Of a stretch of 64,000 bases of DNA, positions 36,148-43,923 are shown in pieces. The notes beneath the pieces were generated by a model. The model did no database searches. It saw nothing but the letters and a program-made list of their open reading frames with translations, and was not told where the DNA came from. Numbering within the stretch: position 1 is the stretch's first letter; each line of letters begins with the position of its first letter. A program made the position numbers and the translations under genes. This DNA is from an uncultured Candidatus Saccharibacteria bacterium (lineage in GTDB: Bacteria > Patescibacteriota > Minisyncoccia > UBA6257 > 2-01-FULL-56-20), in assembly GCA_964409535.1 (NCBI GenBank), contig CAYPDQ010000001.1, positions 22,993 to 86,992 of the forward strand, read 5' to 3'.

Positions 36148-36975
36148 ATGGGTAGGTTATTAACATTTCTCGTTATTCTCTCGCTGCCTTCCGTCTCTTT
36201 CGCCGCCGCGACGGTGAACGTGCCATCCGCCATTTATCAAGGCGATGCTGTGGTTGCGAAAATCCAAGGCGGAACGCCGGTCTCGGCCGTCTTTGACGGC
36301 GCCGAGGCCGCGTTTTTCCCGTACCAAGGCGGGTACCGCGCGGTTTTCGGCATCCCGCCAGCCAAAAATCCGGGCGTATACAAGCTGCGCCTGGAGTTCG
36401 CGGACGGCACATCTTTAGAGAAGAAAATTGCTGTCCGCACAAAGAATTTCCCGAAAGTTGCCCTCGGCATCCCGGAAAAACTGGGGCTTACCCCAAGCGG
36501 CCTCGTAGAGAAACTCCAAACCAAGAAAATCAACTTGGATGAAATATTCGGCAAAAAGACAGGCGATATTTTCTTCAGCCAGCCCTTCGGCCTCGCGCTC
36601 GCGGATAACCGCAAAATCAGCAGCGTTTTCGGAGAAATAAGAAAAACCGGGGACACGGAGATCCGCCATTTAGGAACGGACTTCACTGCCGAAAAAGGCG
36701 CGGCGGTGGGCGCGATAAACGCGGGCGTGGTGCGCAAGGCGTACTTTGACACCGTCTACGGCAATTCGGTCATCGTGGACCACGGCCAGGGGATTTTCTC
36801 TTTCTACATCCACCTGGACAAAATCAAAGTTAAAGAGGGTGACGTTTTGAAAAAAGGCGCCATCGTCGGTACGGTGGGCTCAAGCGGCTACTCCACCGCT
36901 CCGCACCTGCACCTCTCGGTGAAGGTCGGCGGCGTCCCGGTGGACCCGGTTGGGTTTGTGAGAAGTTTTAAATAA
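36148..36975 (+). CDS. M23-family metallopeptidase (LytM-like), secreted
   Basis: Signal peptide. HxxxD and GSSG.S..PHLH motifs (HLGTDF...VGSSGYSTAPHLHLSV). Confidence 0.8.
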   Translation: MGRLLTFLVILSLPSVSFAAATVNVPSAIYQGDAVVAKIQGGTPVSAVFDGAEAAFFPYQGGYRAVFGIPPAKNPGVYKLRLEFADGTSLEKKIAVRTKNFPKVALGIPEKLGLTPSGLVEKLQTKKINLDEIFGKKTGDIFFSQPFGLALADNRKISSVFGEIRKTGDTEIRHLGTDFTAEKGAAVGAINAGVVRKAYFDTVYGNSVIVDHGQGIFSFYIHLDKIKVKEGDVLKKGAIVGTVGSSGYSTAPHLHLSVKVGGVPVDPVGFVRSFK

Positions 36976-36988
36976 CGAACTTCTTCCT

Positions 36989-38053
36989 CTATGGTATTTT
37001 GAAAACGAATGCGCCCCCTCCGCCGGCACCACCCGCCGGATTGCTGTTGCCCGTTGTAGACCCGCCGCCGCCACCACCGTAACTTCCGCTTAGACCGGAG
37101 GTGGTCCAACCTCCTCCTCCGCCGCCGGCGCTTTCGTTATACTGCTTAAAACCATAACCTGCGTCTTTCCAGCCCCAACAGCCTCCGTTTTGACCCGTGT
37201 AGCCGCTTGAGTTTCCCCACGGAGCCGCGCCCGCTGTCACGCCGTTACCACCATAGCCGCCCGCGCCGCCGGAACCGTCGATCTGCCAGTCGCAGGACCC
37301 GCCCGCGCCGCCGCCGCCGCCAGTGCTTCCAGAAACGCTCTCTCCCGCGCCACCCGCAAGGTACGTACCAGCGCCGTTTCCTCCTATTCCACCGCGCGTG
37401 CCCGTGCCAGCCAGTACTTGTCCGTACGTGCCGCCGCTTGGGCAACCCGCACCAGCACCGCCACTAAGCTGGACAATGTAATTCCCAAGATTGTCCCGCA
37501 AACTAGTCTCGCCGCCGCTCGCAGCCGACCCCCCGCCGGCGCCAACCAGCAAGGTGTAGGTTTTAGAGGAGTCAAGCGTTACCGAGGTTTGGAAATTAGT
37601 GCTTGCGCCACCGCCGCCGCCCGGCCCTGAATATCCGCAAAACGGGCCTCCCCCACCACCGCCAGCCGCGCCGCCGAAGGACACGGAGGTACTAGTATTT
37701 ATCGTTATCGTATAGGCGCCCGAGGTCGTGAGCGCCAGCTGGCCAACCCAGAGGTCCTGGCTGCCAGACGCAGCTCCGCTATAGGTGATAATGGGATGGT
37801 CAACGACGGTAGCGCAGCTTGGCTTGCCGGAACGGAAGCGCGACCACTCCGTAGTGGTGTTAGTGGGAACGAAGATCGGCTTACTGCAGTTGTTTGTAAC
37901 CCGCTTCAGGACACCGAATTCGTTGACGTCGGTGTAGTTGCCTACGGTTACCTGGTAACTCGTGGCGGCCTTAAGAAAGGACGCCCCGAAAAACGCAAAA
38001 GCGATAGTGAGAATCAGAATCTTTATTGCATTTATGTCGCGCAACTGCTTCAT
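36989..38053 (-). CDS. Glycine-rich secreted protein
   Basis: 354 aa. Signal peptide followed by long poly-Gly/Ser/Ala tracts. Confidence 0.45.
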   Translation of the reverse strand: MKQLRDINAIKILILTIAFAFFGASFLKAATSYQVTVGNYTDVNEFGVLKRVTNNCSKPIFVPTNTTTEWSRFRSGKPSCATVVDHPIITYSGAASGSQDLWVGQLALTTSGAYTITINTSTSVSFGGAAGGGGGGPFCGYSGPGGGGGASTNFQTSVTLDSSKTYTLLVGAGGGSAASGGETSLRDNLGNYIVQLSGGAGAGCPSGGTYGQVLAGTGTRGGIGGNGAGTYLAGGAGESVSGSTGGGGGAGGSCDWQIDGSGGAGGYGGNGVTAGAAPWGNSSGYTGQNGGCWGWKDAGYGFKQYNESAGGGGGGWTTSGLSGSYGGGGGGSTTGNSNPAGGAGGGGAFVFKIP

Positions 38054-39525
38054 CGTTGCTGTTTCAGCTCCCTCACCTCTTCCCTCAACTCACGCACTTG
38101 ATTACTTAACTCCTTAATCGCTTCAGTCATCGGCGCCGCGATAACGCCGTAGTCCACGCTCTTCAAGCCGGTGTTGGGATCGGTCTTTACCGCCTCCGGC
38201 AAAACCCTTTCCACCTCCTGGGCGATGAAGCCCACGCTTAGCTTCCCGGATTCTTTCCATCTAAAAGAGACGCCGTTCAGATTCTCAACAATTTCCAATC
38301 CGCCGACGGGCGCAACATCCGCTTTAAGCCGGGCGTCTGAAGGATAGTAGTATGCGTTTGCTTGGATGTTGCCATTCACGGTCAGCACCTCGGGAATCGT
38401 CGATGTCCCGATGCCGACGTAGCCGGCTCTTGTAATTCTCATTTTTTCATTAATATTTCCGCTTGAATCGGACGTAGCAAAATACATGTCGCCCGAAGCA
38501 ATGCCGGAACCGGGTGCGTTCCAAACGCCGACTTGTCCGATCGGATAGGCCGTCCCAGCCGACGTCGCACCTTCAAATTGCAAAGCGGTTCCCGCACCTG
38601 CTGTGGTGTTGAGATTGGTGAGGAATTGTGCGGCAGTCACGGTTTGTGGCTGGGTGCCGCTCTGATCGCGGCGCACGTCCAGCCTCGCCCCTGGCCCCGT
38701 TGTCCCGATGCCGACGTAGCCGCTGGTATCGATCCTCATCCGCTCGGTAGGCGTGATTTGGGTTCCGTCAGCTACTGTTGACGCAGCGTCCGTAAAGAAT
38801 TTAATACCTCCATTGTAATCCAAGCGGATTGCGTTTCGCCCAATGGAGCTGCCATAACTCGAGACATAAATATCTGCCGCAGTTCCACCGCGCAAACCCG
38901 TAGCCAGAACAAGACCTGCACTAGAATATGGCGCCCAGATATTCGCATAATTGGCCGAGGTACCGCCCCAAGCCAGCGCCCTGCCGGCTGTAGCGTTTCC
39001 CAAATCTAGTACGCCAGACGGGTTCGTCGTCCCGATGCCAACCAAGCCGTTCTTTACCGCCAGAACGTCCGAGGACTGGTTCTGGACGACGAGGGCGCCG
39101 TCAGTTCCTATTCTCAATATAGTGGAGGTGCTTGCCCCTCGGGAGAGCTTCAAGATGTTGTCGCCGGTGGAGTTGAACACTTCCAGGCGGGCGCCAAAGG
39201 AGGTTGTGCCTATCGCAACATTCCCGGAGTTGTAGTAAATATCACTGCCAGAGGTGGTCCATTGGGAGGTGCTAACCTGGGACCAAGCTGTTTTGCAGTC
39301 CCCGGCGATGCACAGAGTGGAGGTGGCGTTCACCCCTATCCCGGAGAGAGTGGACGAGGAATAGAAACTACCTACCTTAATCTGGAGAGATGAGCCGGTA
39401 TTAAGAAGCCCGGAGATGTTGCCGTTCGGAGGATCCTGGGTGGGGTTGGTCCAGGCGAATACGTAAGTTGCAATGCCCAGAACGAAAAGAGCAATGATAA
39501 ATGCCGCTCCAAGGATCCGCTTCAT
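38050..39525 (-). CDS. Secreted tail-fibre-like protein with C-terminal intramolecular-chaperone (peptidase S74) domain
   Basis: 491 aa. Signal/TM then AWTNPTQDPPNGN, repetitive beta-rich body, and a C-terminal DARLKADVAPV...GVSFRWKE...GFIAQEVE...VDYGVI...KEL matching the phage endosialidase/tail-fibre chaperone domain. Confidence 0.65.
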   Translation of the reverse strand: MKRILGAAFIIALFVLGIATYVFAWTNPTQDPPNGNISGLLNTGSSLQIKVGSFYSSSTLSGIGVNATSTLCIAGDCKTAWSQVSTSQWTTSGSDIYYNSGNVAIGTTSFGARLEVFNSTGDNILKLSRGASTSTILRIGTDGALVVQNQSSDVLAVKNGLVGIGTTNPSGVLDLGNATAGRALAWGGTSANYANIWAPYSSAGLVLATGLRGGTAADIYVSSYGSSIGRNAIRLDYNGGIKFFTDAASTVADGTQITPTERMRIDTSGYVGIGTTGPGARLDVRRDQSGTQPQTVTAAQFLTNLNTTAGAGTALQFEGATSAGTAYPIGQVGVWNAPGSGIASGDMYFATSDSSGNINEKMRITRAGYVGIGTSTIPEVLTVNGNIQANAYYYPSDARLKADVAPVGGLEIVENLNGVSFRWKESGKLSVGFIAQEVERVLPEAVKTDPNTGLKSVDYGVIAAPMTEAIKELSNQVRELREEVRELKQQR

Positions 39526-39587
39526 ACCTTAATTCTACCTCATCTAATATGAAGTCAAGCGAAGATGTGGATAAGCAGCTTTTTCAG

Positions 39588-39904
39588 TGGAGATGGGCGG
39601 AGTTGAACCGCCGTCTAAGGAAGTTATCGGAGAATCATCTACGAGCGTAGTTCGCCGAAAGCAAACGGAATGCCCCGCTAAGTTTAGTCCCGCGGTAGGC
39701 GGAGCCCTAACGTACGGAACGAGCCCCCTTGTATAAGACCGGGTTCCCGCTAAGAGACACAGCGAGACCGATCCTCCGGCTTAAGCGTAAGCGAACGCCG
39801 GAGCTGCAACTTTATTGTTGGCAGTTAATGTTTTGTGCGAGTTTTGCGCCATCGCGGGCGGCTCGCCGACTCCCGACTCTTCCTTATCGATGCCTTGCAT
39901 CCCC
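39588..39904 (-). ncRNA. ssrA: tmRNA (ssrA)
   Basis: The reverse complement begins GGGGAUGCAAGG and ends GACGGCGGUUCAACUCCGCCCAUCUCCA (T-arm GGCGG-UUCAACU-CCGCC). Acceptor pairing GGGGAUG/CAUCUCC. An internal ORF GCC AAC AAU AAA GUU GCA GCU CCG GCG UUC GCU UAC GCU UAA gives the tag ANNKVAAPAFAYA. smpB is 3.9 kb away. CCA is not encoded. Confidence 0.8.
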
Positions 39905-40068
39905 GGTGCTACAACCACTGCAATGACATAGGTGGCTGTGCCAAATTGTCAATTGCGAGAACGCTCGTTGCTAAACCCTTGTGGTTGTAGCACCGGGCAT
40001 CCCCGTATGCAATTTTCAATTGCAAGCGCATTATACCCCGGCACAGCGCAAAAATCAACCCCTACTCT

Positions 40069-40365
40069 TCACTCTTTCGCCGCCAGGTAGATAACCTCCA
40101 ATATTATATAAACCAATACGGGGTAGCCGATCATTGCCGAAATTGCGACCACGTCCACCATTCCCCCGCCGGTGAGATAAGCGTTCTTGAATATGCCGCT
40201 CCAGGGGTAGATAACGATGTCGCTCACCTTATATACCAGGTCAACTATCACCGCTATCGGGTTCGCCGCCAGGAACTTCAGAACTATCCGCACCGCAAGG
40301 AACACCTCGAAGAGGCCGAGGAAGTATTTTATGTACCGGGCCAGGGAATGGGCCGGGAAAGTCAT
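40069..40365 (-). CDS. YggT-family membrane protein
   Basis: The C-terminal 99 aa of the 174-aa ORF match the YGGT family (two TM). The upstream part of the ORF is probably spurious antisense of infC. Confidence 0.5.
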   Translation of the reverse strand: MTFPAHSLARYIKYFLGLFEVFLAVRIVLKFLAANPIAVIVDLVYKVSDIVIYPWSGIFKNAYLTGGGMVDVVAISAMIGYPVLVYIILEVIYLAAKE

Positions 40366-40399
40366 ACCCACAATCTTATCTTGCACTGCACAGAAATCA

Positions 40400-40939
40400 A
40401 TGCTATCCTCTGTGCGTAACAACTTTCCCATCCCCATACTTAAGCCGCGAATCAACAACCAGATAACCGCGCCGGAACTCCGGGTGATCGGAGAGAACGG
40501 GGAGAACTTGGGGGTGATGCCCAGGGACAAGGCGCTTGCGCTCACGAGAGCCGAAGAGGGTCTTGACCTTATAGAGGTTGTGCCCGGCGCCAATCCGCCG
40601 GTCGTGCGCCTGATGAGCTACGACAAGTACCGCTATGAGCAGGAGAAGGCGGAGAAAAAGGAGCGGCGGGCGATAAAGTCCGCGAGCATAAAGCGGGTGC
40701 AGATAAGCCCGCGGGCCGCGAGCCACGACCTCCAAGTGAGGATCAAGCAACTGGAAGAGTTCCTGGCGGAAGGCCATCCGGTGGAAGTGTATGTCCGCCT
40801 GCGCGGCCGGGAAAAATACAACAAGGGCTGGGCGAACGCCAAACTCCAGGAATTCCTGAAAATGATAAGCGTGGAATACAAAATAGTGAGCGCGCCGAAG
40901 TTCGCGCAAGGGTTAAGCGTCCAAATTGCAAAGAAATGA
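40400..40939 (+). CDS. infC: Translation initiation factor IF-3
   Basis: INNQITAPELRVIGENGE...DLIEV...PPV.RLM.Y.KY.YE matches the IF-3 N- and C-domains. The exact start is uncertain because infC commonly uses a non-AUG start; the ATG at 40400 gives 179 aa. Confidence 0.8.
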   Translation: MLSSVRNNFPIPILKPRINNQITAPELRVIGENGENLGVMPRDKALALTRAEEGLDLIEVVPGANPPVVRLMSYDKYRYEQEKAEKKERRAIKSASIKRVQISPRAASHDLQVRIKQLEEFLAEGHPVEVYVRLRGREKYNKGWANAKLQEFLKMISVEYKIVSAPKFAQGLSVQIAKK

Positions 40940-41091
40940 AAACGAGGAAAAGCATAACCAAGAGGATACGGATAACCCGACGGGGCAAGATCATCCGGCG
41001 GCCGATGGCGGTGGATCATTTCCGCACCCGCAAGAGTAAAAAGAGCATCCGCAGCAAACGCAAAACCCTCGGTTTGGATTTCCCGCTCTAA
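40936..41091 (+). CDS. rpmI: 50S ribosomal protein L35
   Basis: A 51-aa basic ORF (MKTRKSITKRIRITRRGKIIRRPMAVDHF...) missing from the ORF track because it is under 60 aa. ATGA overlap with infC and the expected position between infC and rplT. Confidence 0.75.
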   Translation: MKTRKSITKRIRITRRGKIIRRPMAVDHFRTRKSKKSIRSKRKTLGLDFPL

Positions 41092-41117
41092 AACCTAACA
41101 CCTAATCACTAATTAGT

Positions 41118-41462
41118 ATGCCCAGAGTAAAACGCGGCACAATAGCACATAAGAAGCGCGAGCGGGTTTTGAAACTGACCAAGGGTTTTCACTGGGGACG
41201 GAAATCCAAAGAACGCGCGGCGAAAGAGGCCCTGCTTCACGCGCTCTCCCGCAAGTTCCGCGGACGCAAAGAGAAAAAACGCAACTTCCGCAATTTGTGG
41301 AACGTCCGGATAAACGCCGGCGCACGCGCGGAGGGCGTTTCTTACAGTAAACTCATCGCCGGACTCAAAAAGAAAGGCGTAAAGCTGGACCGGAAGATCC
41401 TCGCCGACCTCGCCAAGAACGAACCAGCGGTGTTCAAGAAGGTGGTGGCGTTTACAAAGTAG
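41118..41462 (+). CDS. rplT: 50S ribosomal protein L20
   Basis: MPRVKRG...HKKRERVLK..KG..G is the canonical L20 N-terminus; 114 aa. Confidence 0.9.
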   Translation: MPRVKRGTIAHKKRERVLKLTKGFHWGRKSKERAAKEALLHALSRKFRGRKEKKRNFRNLWNVRINAGARAEGVSYSKLIAGLKKKGVKLDRKILADLAKNEPAVFKKVVAFTK

Positions 41463-41751
41463 CTCCGTAGCGTTTTAAATCCACTCTGCCGCGGAGAATT
41501 TTCACGCCCTCTTTTTCCAAGAGTTCGGTTTTCTTCTTTAGTCCGCCAGCGTAGCCGCCAAGCGACCCATCGGAGGCGACGACGCGGTGACAGGGCACGC
41601 GGGGAGCGCGCGGATTCTTGTTCAAGGCATTGCCCACCGCCCGGAAAGCCCGCGGCCTGCCGACGGCCCGGGCGACATCTTTATACGCGGCGACCTTACC
41701 GCGCGGGATGCGGCTTAGGGCGGCGAGTACTTTTTTCGCGAAGGAAGTCAT
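41452..41751 (-). CDS. ogt: Methylated-DNA--protein-cysteine methyltransferase (DNA-binding/active-site domain)
   Basis: 99 aa with the PCHRVV active-site motif and HTH region. Confidence 0.8.
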   Translation of the reverse strand: MTSFAKKVLAALSRIPRGKVAAYKDVARAVGRPRAFRAVGNALNKNPRAPRVPCHRVVASDGSLGGYAGGLKKKTELLEKEGVKILRGRVDLKRYGATL

Positions 41752-42193
41752 AAGCGTGTTTCAAGACCTTTTGGCTGTCGCGATATTTGCCCAAAATTTT
41801 CTGGCCCTCGGGATAGAGAAGCCAGGCGTAGCCCTGGTGTTCTTTGGAGACCTTGATTACGGGGTTCGACGTTTCCGCAAGATAAAAGATGACTATTTTA
41901 AAGTACGGCTGCCCCGCGCGCCGGAAGTAAAATCTCTCATAGGTTTTGAAATTCTTCACCAGGCGCAGGTCGCCTCCGGTGAGACCGGTTTCTTCTTTGG
42001 TTTCCCGGAGCGCTGCGGCCAAACTTCTTTCCTCCGACTCGATCTTGCCTTTGGGGAAGTTCCAATAATTATGGCCGTGGTACAAGATCAAAAATTTCGG
42101 GCCTTCCTCCGTCCGGCGGTAAACGATTATGCCAGCGGAAATCTCTCGCCTGGTCTTCACTTGAGCATTTTTAACGTCTTTTGGAGGGGCCAT
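41696..42193 (-). CDS. NUDIX hydrolase
   Basis: Nudix box GKIESEERSLAAALRETKEETGL; 165 aa. Confidence 0.8.
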   Translation of the reverse strand: MAPPKDVKNAQVKTRREISAGIIVYRRTEEGPKFLILYHGHNYWNFPKGKIESEERSLAAALRETKEETGLTGGDLRLVKNFKTYERFYFRRAGQPYFKIVIFYLAETSNPVIKVSKEHQGYAWLLYPEGQKILGKYRDSQKVLKHAYDFLREKSTRRPKPHPAR

Positions 42194-43923
42194 GCGTTTA
42201 TTACGTCTTTTTTCTCCGCCCAGCCGCGGCGGGCCTGGGCAATGCCGTATTCCAGATAGTCAAAATGGTTCGGGGCATGCGCATCGGAATCAACCGCAAG
42301 TTTCACCCCTACTGCGACGCATTCCCGAATGTGGTCGTCTTTCAAATCCAGGCGATCCGGGTAGGCGTCTATTTCCATAATCGTCCCGGTTTTCTTGGCG
42401 GTCTGTATGAGTTCCGCCATATCCACCTCGTAGGCCGCGCGCCGCTCTATCACCCGGCCAGTCGGGTGGAAGATTATGTCCACATGCCGGTTCGCCATCG
42501 CCCGTTTTATCCGCTCGGTTTGCTCCGTTTTCGGCAAGCTGAAGTAGGAATGGACCGACGCGCCGACCACATCCAGTTTCGCCAATACCGCATCTGGCAA
42601 ATCCAGCGAGCCGTCTTTCAATATATCACACTCCGTTCCCTTTAGGACGCGGAACGTGGAACGTGAAGCGCGGAGCGCGCGATTGACCAGGTCAATTTCA
42701 GCCATTTGCTTCAAAATCCGCTTCTCGTCCAAACCGTGGGTCATCGCCAGGCGCTTGGTATGGTCGGTAATCGCGATGTACTTCAACCCGCGGGCCATGG
42801 CGGCCTTGGCCATATCCAGGATAGACGCGTTGCCGTCGGTCCAGTCGGTCTGAACCTGCAAATCGCCTTGTAAATCCTCGTAGCCAATTAGTTTGGGCAA
42901 GGCGTGTTTCTTCGCCAGTTCAATTTCGCCCATATTTTCCCGCATCTCCGGCGGGATGTGGTCCATTCCCAAGGCCTTATACAGCTCTTCCTCGGTTCTG
43001 CCGGCGATCTGGCGTTTGCCCTTCCACAGGCCGTACTCGTTCAATTTATACCCCTTGTTCATCGCGATCTGGCGGAGGGCGACGTTGTGATCCTTGGAGC
43101 CGGTGAAGTAATTCAAGGCCGCGCCATAGGACTCCGCCGGCACCACCCGCAGGTCCACGTCCAGGCTCGCCTCGCCGAAGCCTCCGGCGTAGCGCGGGCC
43201 GGAGGCGATCTTTATCGCGGACTTGGTCTCGCCGTGGGCGTAGACCCGCACCACCTGCGGCATGTTCACAAAATAGTCCATCATCGCTTTCGGTTTGCGG
43301 GATACCGCAAGCACGTCCACGTCACCGATGGTCTCCTTCCGCCGCCGGACGGAGCCAGCGACGACGAGTTTCTCCACCCCCGGCACGCGCCGGAGCATCT
43401 CCTCCATCTTACGGATCTCCGGTTCGGAAAAGCCCAAAAGCCGCCGGCCGCCGGACTTTTTCAGGAACTCAATCCCCTTCAAGATGTTCTCTTCCGATTT
43501 CTTCCCGAAGCCGGCGAGGTTGCGGATCTTCCCCGCCTTCGCCGCCTTTTCCAGGTCGGCGAGAGTCTTCACGCCCAGCTTCTGATAGAGCTTTTTTATG
43601 GATTTCGGCCCCAGTCCTTCCACCGTGGTGAGGGTCGCGAGGTCCACTGGCGTTTTTTTCTTCAACTCCGCATGGTACTTCACTTTGCCGGTTTTCAGAT
43701 ACTCCTCGATCTTCTCCGCGATACTCGCACCAACGCCGGGAATATCCAGGAGCGCCTTCATACTGTCACGTTTGTAAACGTCGGCGACGCTCTCTTCCAT
43801 CCCGCTCACAATCTGCGCAACCTTCTCGTAGGCGCGGGGCTTGAACGCCACGTCCTGCATCTCCAAGTACTCCCCGATCTCGGCGAGGATCCGCGCGATC
43901 TCCTGGTTGGAAACGTGTCTCAT
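42157..43923 (-). CDS. DNA polymerase X family with C-terminal PHP domain (PolX)
   Basis: 588 aa. HhH N-domain, Pol-beta-like nucleotidyltransferase core (GS.RR.KETIGDVD) and PHP histidinol-phosphatase motifs (HTK, H.H). Confidence 0.8.
   Translation of the reverse strand: MRHVSNQEIARILAEIGEYLEMQDVAFKPRAYEKVAQIVSGMEESVADVYKRDSMKALLDIPGVGASIAEKIEEYLKTGKVKYHAELKKKTPVDLATLTTVEGLGPKSIKKLYQKLGVKTLADLEKAAKAGKIRNLAGFGKKSEENILKGIEFLKKSGGRRLLGFSEPEIRKMEEMLRRVPGVEKLVVAGSVRRRKETIGDVDVLAVSRKPKAMMDYFVNMPQVVRVYAHGETKSAIKIASGPRYAGGFGEASLDVDLRVVPAESYGAALNYFTGSKDHNVALRQIAMNKGYKLNEYGLWKGKRQIAGRTEEELYKALGMDHIPPEMRENMGEIELAKKHALPKLIGYEDLQGDLQVQTDWTDGNASILDMAKAAMARGLKYIAITDHTKRLAMTHGLDEKRILKQMAEIDLVNRALRASRSTFRVLKGTECDILKDGSLDLPDAVLAKLDVVGASVHSYFSLPKTEQTERIKRAMANRHVDIIFHPTGRVIERRAAYEVDMAELIQTAKKTGTIMEIDAYPDRLDLKDDHIRECVAVGVKLAVDSDAHAPNHFDYLEYGIAQARRGWAEKKDVINAWPLQKTLKMLK

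Noticed and set aside
40069-40593. Full 174-aa extent of the YggT ORF
   Set aside because: The N-terminal 75 codons overlap infC on the opposite strand and are Ser/Pro-rich. Only the C-terminal 99 aa, from an internal ATG, match the YggT family.
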